Below are positions 57,700 to 64,000 of a stretch of DNA of 64,000 nucleotides, in pieces (position 1 is the first letter of the stretch; every line of letters begins with the position of its first letter). The notes under the pieces are model-generated. The model did no database searches and was not told the origin of the DNA. It worked only from the letters and a program-made list of their open reading frames with translations. The position numbers and the translations under genes were made by a program. The DNA is from an uncultured bacterium (GTDB lineage: Bacteria > Babelota > Babeliae > Babelales > Babelaceae). Location: positions 1,312,001 through 1,376,000 of the forward strand of contig OY970209.1 in NCBI GenBank assembly GCA_963713855.1, given 5' to 3'.

Positions 57700-57945
57700 T
57701 TATATAAATTCCATCGGACGCCTAAAATGAAGGCACCTTGAACAGCGCCCATACTGTACAACTTGCTCATAACTATCACAAGGACAAAAGCACTCAACAC
57801 TATGCAACGTTCGATAGTCTGGTCGTCGATCCTGACCACGGTTAAACCCAAATTGCCTTCGTACACGAGACATACAACCAGGGCTACAATCCAACGCAGA
57901 AATAGTAAGCATAAAAAGCGAAAACGTAATAGCATTGAGCTTCAT
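57700..57945 (-). CDS. Small secreted Cys-rich protein
   Basis: GGAGGG RBS, MKLNAITFSLF.. signal peptide, 'CSPGC', 'CFCPC', 'RCSRCLH'. Confidence 0.7.
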   Translation of the reverse strand: MKLNAITFSLFMLTISALDCSPGCMSRVRRQFGFNRGQDRRPDYRTLHSVECFCPCDSYEQVVQYGRCSRCLHFRRPMEFI

Positions 57946-58112
57946 AAACCCTCCTTTGTTGGACAGACAAGTGCACCATCTGGCAAGCACATAATTGGTG
58001 GGTTGTACACAATCGTAACACGATTTGGCAATGTACCTTCTTTAAGAACACACCCAGGACAGCCTTCGAGTGAACAGAAACACATCACTATCGCCAAAGC
58101 ACAAAGCCTCAT
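57942..58112 (-). CDS. Small secreted Cys-rich peptide (56 aa; absent from the ORF track)
   Basis: GGGGGA RBS; MRLCALAIVMCFCSLEGCPGCVLKEGTLPNRVTIVYNPPIMCLPDGALVCPTKEGL*; ATGA stop/start overlap with the next gene. Confidence 0.6.
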   Translation of the reverse strand: MRLCALAIVMCFCSLEGCPGCVLKEGTLPNRVTIVYNPPIMCLPDGALVCPTKEGL

Positions 58113-58369
58113 CCGATTCCCCCCTATTTTTTCTCACCCCAGTGTACAAAAGAATTCTTGCCATGTTCAATAACAATATATGTGACATAAAATGATAATT
58201 TTTAGGCTTGATTCTTTTCTAAAATGATTTTTCCGACATAATGCATAAATTGCTTAAAACATCGAAAGACACTCAAACTATATCTATCCGATTCAATAAA
58301 TATTGCAATTTAGATATTTTACTTGATATCATGGGGATATAAAATTCCAATTACTAAGGATTGAGATAG

Positions 58370-58813
58370 ATGAAGTATACAAATCTCTTTTTTATGACGC
58401 TATTCTCGTTTATAGCAATGTATATACTTATGTACATTATGGTTGATAGTTACTCAAACGTCTACCCAAACTTAAATCAGTTCTATATGGCGGCCATTAT
58501 GACCATTCCTATGCTTATAATTGAGCTATTAATTATGAGAGAAATGTATGCATACAAAAAGCTCAATGCGCTCATAATAGCACTCTGTATAATCCTTATT
58601 ATTTTGCTCATCGTTTTTGTAAGAAACCAAACGGCCATTGGAGACAGAGAGTTTTTAAAATCGATGATACCTCACCATGCGGCAGCTCTTTTAATGTGCA
58701 AAAAAGCACCTTTAAAAGACCAAGAAATTAAAAATCTTTGCAAAGCTATCATTGAGAGTCAACAATCTGAGATCGATTTTATGAAGTCGAAACTAGAAAG
58801 CATCCCAGGATAA
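58370..58813 (+). CDS. DUF305 domain membrane protein
   Basis: Three Met-rich TM segments, then 'DREFLKSMIPHHAAALLMC...IIESQQSEIDFMK'. Confidence 0.85.
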   Translation: MKYTNLFFMTLFSFIAMYILMYIMVDSYSNVYPNLNQFYMAAIMTIPMLIIELLIMREMYAYKKLNALIIALCIILIILLIVFVRNQTAIGDREFLKSMIPHHAAALLMCKKAPLKDQEIKNLCKAIIESQQSEIDFMKSKLESIPG

Positions 58814-58968
58814 AAGGCCTTAGTAACGTAACTGGTTTGACTCTCGCTTTAAGTCGTCGCGTACTTTAATAAGCACTTGCCCGAGCCAATTACTACCGCG
58901 CTATTGTTATTGCTGTGACAATAACGAAGGTATCGAATATCATCATCTTTTCTTGGAAAAACTAAGGT

Positions 58969-59505
58969 ATGGCACCATTAAGCGAAGCCATTCTAATGGC
59001 ATATAAAACACTCATCGAGGCCTATTATCAGATACCCGTTACTTATAGAAATTCTAAGCTTATAGATGGAACTGGTGGCAAAGTAAGTGTTGCTGATCTT
59101 ATGGCCTATCAAATAGGCTGGGCAAAACTTCTCATTGAGTGGTATGAATCAGGTCTTAACTCGACACGCGTCGTAATGCCGGGAGAAGGATTTACAAAAT
59201 GGGATTATGTCGGTCTTGCAAATCACTTTTACTCAAAATATCATTACGACGGAAACAAGCTCCAAATCAAAGAGCTTGAAAAAGTCGTTAACGCGATCGC
59301 TCAAATCGTTGACAAAGAATACGCTTTGGAAAACCTAGAAAAACTAGGAGTTTGGCAGTGGTGTACTTTACCATCAGGTAAAAAATGGCCTTTAAGCAAA
59401 TGGGTGAGCGTTAATACTACATCTCCCTATAAGAGAGCTACGCTGCTGATAAAAAAATATAATAAGCAGATACAACTGGTAAAAGAGTCCATTAATCATC
59501 AATAA
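58969..59505 (+). CDS. ClbS/DfsB family four-helix-bundle protein (DinB-like)
   Basis: 'SVADLMAYQIGW..LLIEWY', 'PGEGF.KW', 'WPLSKWVSVNTTSPYKR'. Confidence 0.75.
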   Translation: MAPLSEAILMAYKTLIEAYYQIPVTYRNSKLIDGTGGKVSVADLMAYQIGWAKLLIEWYESGLNSTRVVMPGEGFTKWDYVGLANHFYSKYHYDGNKLQIKELEKVVNAIAQIVDKEYALENLEKLGVWQWCTLPSGKKWPLSKWVSVNTTSPYKRATLLIKKYNKQIQLVKESINHQ

Positions 59506-59666
59506 TCACCTTTTCGCCAAAAACGAAAATCGCTGGGCAACATAGACGATAATATCTACCGTAAAAGAAGCATTTAAGAACAATTTAGGCTCGGTAAATG
59601 AGCAACTATATCCATTTGCGGGAAAAACATATAATCTCTTTTTTTAGAATTATTTACCAAAAAAGG

Positions 59667-61904
59667 ATGAGTGTGAAGAAGAATATAAAATCACTTTTAC
59701 TCGCATTTAGTTTGCTTGTTAGTTTACAAGTAATCGCAAATGATGGCGCATTAGATATTACGTTTGGAGGAGGGCTTGTAACGACCGGTGCTGGAGCTGG
59801 AATATTCGCGCCCTTCGTTCCAACTGCTTATGGTGTAGCTATACAGACCGATGGTAAAGTTGTTGCAACAGGCCAAGACGCTAATGCCAATTTTCAGACA
59901 GTGCGGTATAACGCCGATGGTTCGCTTGATAGTTCATTTGGCACGGGTGGTATAGTCTCGATAGGAACGGGATTTGCAACGGCGCTTGCCTTGCAACCTG
60001 ATGGCAAAATTGTCGCAGTCGGACAAGACCAGGCAGGACCATTTTTTGCTGCATCTGGACCAAAGCGAGCTGCTAAAAGAAAAAATCTTCAAGTAAAGAA
60101 GGCTTCAGCGCCACAGCCACCCAAATTTGAAGTAGTGCGGTATAATTCGAACGGATCATTAGATACCACTTTTGCTGGAACGGGTATAGTAAAGCCATCA
60201 TTGGGCTTTGCGCAGGGCGTCGCCTTACAGAAAGATAACAAGATTGTCTCCGCAGGTATCATAAACACTTCCACAGGAACAAGTTTTTGGGGGGTCGTTA
60301 GGTTAACGCCCGAAGGCGTGCTCGATACCTCTTTTGGTGGCACTGGTATTGTTACTACAGGTCCAGGCCTTATTCCAGGCCCTGGTCAAGGAGCTCCTAC
60401 AGCGCAATCGGTACAAATACAGCCTGATGGTAAAATTGTAGTTACTGGAACTCTTTTTGATACTGCTTCTGGGAATTTTTTCTTTGCTGTAGCGCGATAC
60501 AACACGGATGGTTCACTTGATTCTTCGTTTGGAACAGCTGGTATAACACTTCTTGGAGCAGGGGGCTCTCCAGCAGGGCTGCTTCCTACCGGATTTTGGC
60601 TTCTTATACAACCAGACGGCAAAATCCTTGCAATAGGGTATTCGGCAAATGAAACCTATCAACTATTCCGACTGACATCATCTGGCGCTTTAGATAGCTC
60701 ATTTGGCACTGGTGGAAGTGCTACACCTCTAGGTCAAGGCTTTGGCATAGGCGGTGCACTTCAAAGTGATGGAAAGATTGTTGTCACACTAGAGTTATTT
60801 GATCAAACAAAACAAACATTTTTCTTTGCGCTTACCCGATATAACAGTGATGGAACGCTTGATACAACGTTTGGTACAAATGGTATTGTTGAACAAAATG
60901 ACCCGGACCCCGAAGGAACCGTTTCTGCTAACTCCGCTGCTTTACAAAGTGATGGTAAAATTATAGCAAGCGGTATTACGGTTCAAAACCCTCCTAATTT
61001 AGTTTTCTGGTCAGTTGGTCGTTATCTTGTTGCTAATACACCATTGGCAGAAACAGTCATTACGTCCCCAACAACAGGTTCTGTCGTTTCAAATGGAACA
61101 CCATTTAGCGGTACTTGTCAGAATCCTGCTATTGTCACACTATTCTTTACTAATACAGTAACTCACGCTGTGACAGAATTTGCAACGACCGTGGGAGCCT
61201 CAGGGTCGTGGACAATCACTCCTACGGGTCTTGCGAATGGTACCTATAATGTCGTTGCCATAGCTAACTATAAAGACGGTAACGTTTTATTAGCTTCCCT
61301 GCCGATTACTGTAGAAGTTGGTGAGGTCACGCTTACCGTTTCGCCCGACCCTATCTGTAATGGGCAAGAAGCTACTTTAACACTTACTGTACCTGTGCCT
61401 CCAACCGAGTCTTTTAGTGTAGACTGGTCCGATGGTGTGACTCAGCCAAACGTATTTTCACCTGATAAAAGAATAGTAAGCCCAGATAAAACAACCGTTT
61501 ATTCAGCGATCATCAGACTACACACTGGTCAAACGTTAATTTCTCCTTCGGTTACTCTTACTGTTAACGAAGATCCAACGATCTCAATTAGAGCTAAGCC
61601 AAATCCGATATGTTTTGGTACCCAAACTAAGGTACGCTTAACGGCATCCTTGACTGGAAAACCGCCTTTTCGCGTAACATGGTCCGATGGCTTTTCTCAA
61701 GAAGTTAACTCGTTCACCGCTGTCCACAACGTAGTTCTCTGTAAATCACACACGTTTTCAGCAACTGTTGTAGACGCAGATGGATGCAAATCTAATGAAG
61801 CATCTGTCAGTATATTTGCAACCGAAAAAGCCTGCGGCAAACAAAGCCCGCTTATGAGAGCAATACGCAAAAAATACTGTGGTCACTGTAAGGAAACAAT
61901 CTAA
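59667..61904 (+). CDS. Secreted delta-60/DUF5122 beta-propeller protein with Ig-like domains
   Basis: Repeated 'QPDGKIV..' and 'RYNxDGSLDxSFGxxG'; Ig-like C-terminal half; signal peptide from ATG 59667 or GTG 59673. Confidence 0.85.
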   Translation: MSVKKNIKSLLLAFSLLVSLQVIANDGALDITFGGGLVTTGAGAGIFAPFVPTAYGVAIQTDGKVVATGQDANANFQTVRYNADGSLDSSFGTGGIVSIGTGFATALALQPDGKIVAVGQDQAGPFFAASGPKRAAKRKNLQVKKASAPQPPKFEVVRYNSNGSLDTTFAGTGIVKPSLGFAQGVALQKDNKIVSAGIINTSTGTSFWGVVRLTPEGVLDTSFGGTGIVTTGPGLIPGPGQGAPTAQSVQIQPDGKIVVTGTLFDTASGNFFFAVARYNTDGSLDSSFGTAGITLLGAGGSPAGLLPTGFWLLIQPDGKILAIGYSANETYQLFRLTSSGALDSSFGTGGSATPLGQGFGIGGALQSDGKIVVTLELFDQTKQTFFFALTRYNSDGTLDTTFGTNGIVEQNDPDPEGTVSANSAALQSDGKIIASGITVQNPPNLVFWSVGRYLVANTPLAETVITSPTTGSVVSNGTPFSGTCQNPAIVTLFFTNTVTHAVTEFATTVGASGSWTITPTGLANGTYNVVAIANYKDGNVLLASLPITVEVGEVTLTVSPDPICNGQEATLTLTVPVPPTESFSVDWSDGVTQPNVFSPDKRIVSPDKTTVYSAIIRLHTGQTLISPSVTLTVNEDPTISIRAKPNPICFGTQTKVRLTASLTGKPPFRVTWSDGFSQEVNSFTAVHNVVLCKSHTFSATVVDADGCKSNEASVSIFATEKACGKQSPLMRAIRKKYCGHCKETI

Positions 61905-61948
61905 TTATTAAACTACGGGGGGAGCGCATGCTTTCCCCTCTATATAAA

Positions 61949-61988
61949 AAAAAGAGAAGGGCGGTTAAATAACCGCCCTTCTCTTTTT
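61949..61988. terminator. Bidirectional Rho-independent terminator
   Basis: Perfect inverted repeat AAAAAGAGAAGGGCGGTTA / TAACCGCCCTTCTCTTTTT between convergent genes. Confidence 0.88.
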
Positions 61989-62011
61989 AACGTACAAAGT
62001 AAAAAACAGTT

Positions 62012-63424
62012 TTAGAAGGCTAGTGCATAGGTTCCCCAAACCGACCATTGATTAAAAGCATGTCTCGCAGCGAATTCATACGAAGAACCAAAACCTAATA
62101 AGACTGAATAGCATTCACAGTCAATGGTATAGCCAAGTGCACCGTATACTTTATGGCTTAACGAATTAGGATGCTCAGCAGTGCGTCTGTTAAGATCATT
62201 TCTTTGGATCTTTACAAATTCTTCATCATTTTTTGTTGCGTTTTCACCATCGACACCTTGATCAATTTTTGCAGTACTTGAAGTCGTTACCGGAAGAGTG
62301 CAGCTGTTAAGTGATTGTAGACCGAACTTATTATTTTTAAATGGTATTCTGTCGATGTGCTCACTTTGCCTCCACCAAAAATCATAGCCAACTTCGAGAT
62401 TAAAACAGCAGCACTGATAGTGAGCAGCCAACCAAACATCTACGGTACTACGCGGAGTCACATGCACCGGCAACGTAAAAAAGTTAATTCCAGGCCTTGG
62501 ATCAAGCGTTTCATCTCGATCGGTTATTAATAGGTATCTAGACCAGTCACCATTTTTCTTAAGGTCAAACGAGCGGCGCTCTGTTGCAGAAAAAACATAA
62601 CGGTACTTAACGTCGGTCATAACATTAAAAGCGTACCCATCATTCGCACAAAAGGCATAATCACCGTTAAAACCTACACCGACACTGCCGTTTCTTGAAC
62701 CAATAACCGGTTCAAAAAGAAAACGGGCCGTCCTTTCCGTACCCGTTGGTGCAGTACCTACCAAATAAAGAGTAGCATGCTCGTCAGGAGTTTTATAAAA
62801 ATCGTACCCGAGCTTCAGTTGGACGTCATCAACACCTGTCTTTTTATGCTCTCGGCAGGCGAGCTTACCGGCTTTCCATTCAGGATTATTAAAAGCATCA
62901 CAAGCATTTTTAAAACCCGGGAGTGTTCCATGAACCTCTTTGCGATGTTCCTTAAGGTGCAAGTCATGCTTTACCTGCATGACCGCCATATTAAACCCGA
63001 GCCACCAATTACATGGCAGGTCATAATACCAAGTGAAGATGCCACCGGTCACAGTTCGTTTTGGGCTAATACAGACTTTCGAATCGTAGCGCGACCCTTT
63101 TTCTGCTATGAGATTAAACCACAGAGGATTGATTGTTCCCTCATCGTTTTCGCGCAGCGTCATGCACTCTCTTTCATGAGGTAAGAAGAAGCGTGCTAGC
63201 TTCTCTCCATCAACAGACTTAATAAAAAAGGGCTTTACAGATAGATACACTCCTTTATCGTCTTGGGGGCTATGGTAACGATGGTAATTGATCAGCGCCA
63301 ATTCGTACATCGAATCAGTAGTCACCTGCCGAGGAACGAAAAAACTATGGCTTATAGCCATTACCGAACTTACGCAACAAAGTTGCATGAGCACGGCGGT
63401 CATCATTTTTCTCAAGCTCTTCAC
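62012..63424 (-). CDS. Putative outer-membrane beta-barrel protein
   Basis: AAGGAG RBS before GTG 63424; signal peptide; 'GVDDVQLKLGYDF', 'GTAPTG', 'VGVGFNGDY', C-terminal 'WGTYALAF'. Confidence 0.65.
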   Translation of the reverse strand: MKSLRKMMTAVLMQLCCVSSVMAISHSFFVPRQVTTDSMYELALINYHRYHSPQDDKGVYLSVKPFFIKSVDGEKLARFFLPHERECMTLRENDEGTINPLWFNLIAEKGSRYDSKVCISPKRTVTGGIFTWYYDLPCNWWLGFNMAVMQVKHDLHLKEHRKEVHGTLPGFKNACDAFNNPEWKAGKLACREHKKTGVDDVQLKLGYDFYKTPDEHATLYLVGTAPTGTERTARFLFEPVIGSRNGSVGVGFNGDYAFCANDGYAFNVMTDVKYRYVFSATERRSFDLKKNGDWSRYLLITDRDETLDPRPGINFFTLPVHVTPRSTVDVWLAAHYQCCCFNLEVGYDFWWRQSEHIDRIPFKNNKFGLQSLNSCTLPVTTSSTAKIDQGVDGENATKNDEEFVKIQRNDLNRRTAEHPNSLSHKVYGALGYTIDCECYSVLLGFGSSYEFAARHAFNQWSVWGTYALAF

Positions 63425-63706
63425 ACACACTCCTTTTATTTGTTTTCTAAAATAAGCTACAGCTCGAATGGAAGATACCATCATACACAAACGCTATTCA
63501 AGAGTAATAAACACTATAATGAGTACAAAAATGCCTCAAAACCTTTTTCACTTATACGTTATCTCCTTGATCGTTACAATGTTATTAATAATCAACTATA
63601 TCCAATAATACCCATCAGATCAACTCACTCCCTTTTAGCACATGAAAGACAAAGCGCGATTTTAAAGCTAAGCTATCCTGAAAGTTTCCTTCAAGGACTC
63701 TACTAC

Positions 63707-64000
63707 ATGGATCTCTTATTTCTTGGCACAAGAGGTGGCATCAAAGCCCGCAGTAAAGCACATTGTAGACACGCATCACTTCTTGTAAAGCAAAGTCGAC
63801 ACCGCGTAATGATAGATTGCGGAGCAGATTGGCTTTCCCACTTGAGCAGTATAAAACCGACGGCCATTGTTATAACGCATGCACACCCCGATCACGTCGG
63901 AGGTCTTAAATCGGGCGCCCCGTGCCCCGTTTACGCAACCGCTGATACGTTTACTCGTATAAAACGGTACCCTATAGACAAGAAAATAATCGTTTTTCCA
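63707..64000 (+). CDS. MBL-fold metallo-hydrolase (5' part; runs off the window)
   Basis: Manual translation MDLLFLGTRGG...MIDCGADW...ITHAHPDHVGGL (HxHxDH); AAGGA RBS. Confidence 0.88.
   Translation, partial: MDLLFLGTRGGIKARSKAHCRHASLLVKQSRHRVMIDCGADWLSHLSSIKPTAIVITHAHPDHVGGLKSGAPCPVYATADTFTRIKRYPIDKKIIVFP

Noticed and set aside
57609..58173. Track ORFs 57609..57935 (-) and 57763..58173 (+)
   Set aside because: They overlap three better-supported small genes that have RBSs, signal peptides and coupled stop/start.

Overview
This is a 64-kb AT-rich bacterial chromosomal segment. The gene content suggests a host-associated, probably protist-infecting lineage such as Candidatus Dependentiae/Babelota (TM6); this is inferred, not verified. 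Core genes (tsf-pyrH-frr, tRNA-Lys/Leu/Phe, tig-like, trxB, rpmH-rnpA, pheS, rpmE-prfA, ppsA) are interleaved with ion and stress homeostasis genes (pstS, mgtA, mntH, nhaA, msrAB, ligD, DEAD helicase) and many signal-peptide-bearing orphans. The strongest signal is a dispersed candidate host-ubiquitin-hijacking effector set. It comprises two tandem ankyrin proteins with an SV40-like NLS and a C-terminal F-box-like motif, a RING-H2 protein, and an N-terminal F-box-like gene broken by one in-frame TAA; these and an M48-like protease share a hydrophobic leader ending in 'Met-Glu'. Other observations are 21- and 14-blade membrane-anchored beta-propeller paralogs, a three-member putative outer-membrane barrel family, a partly unannotated operon of tiny secreted peptides, a 5'-truncated RelE/HigB toxin beside an intact antitoxin, and 33-bp-phased repeats over an AAA-ATPase promoter. 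I found no rRNA, CRISPR array or transposase.
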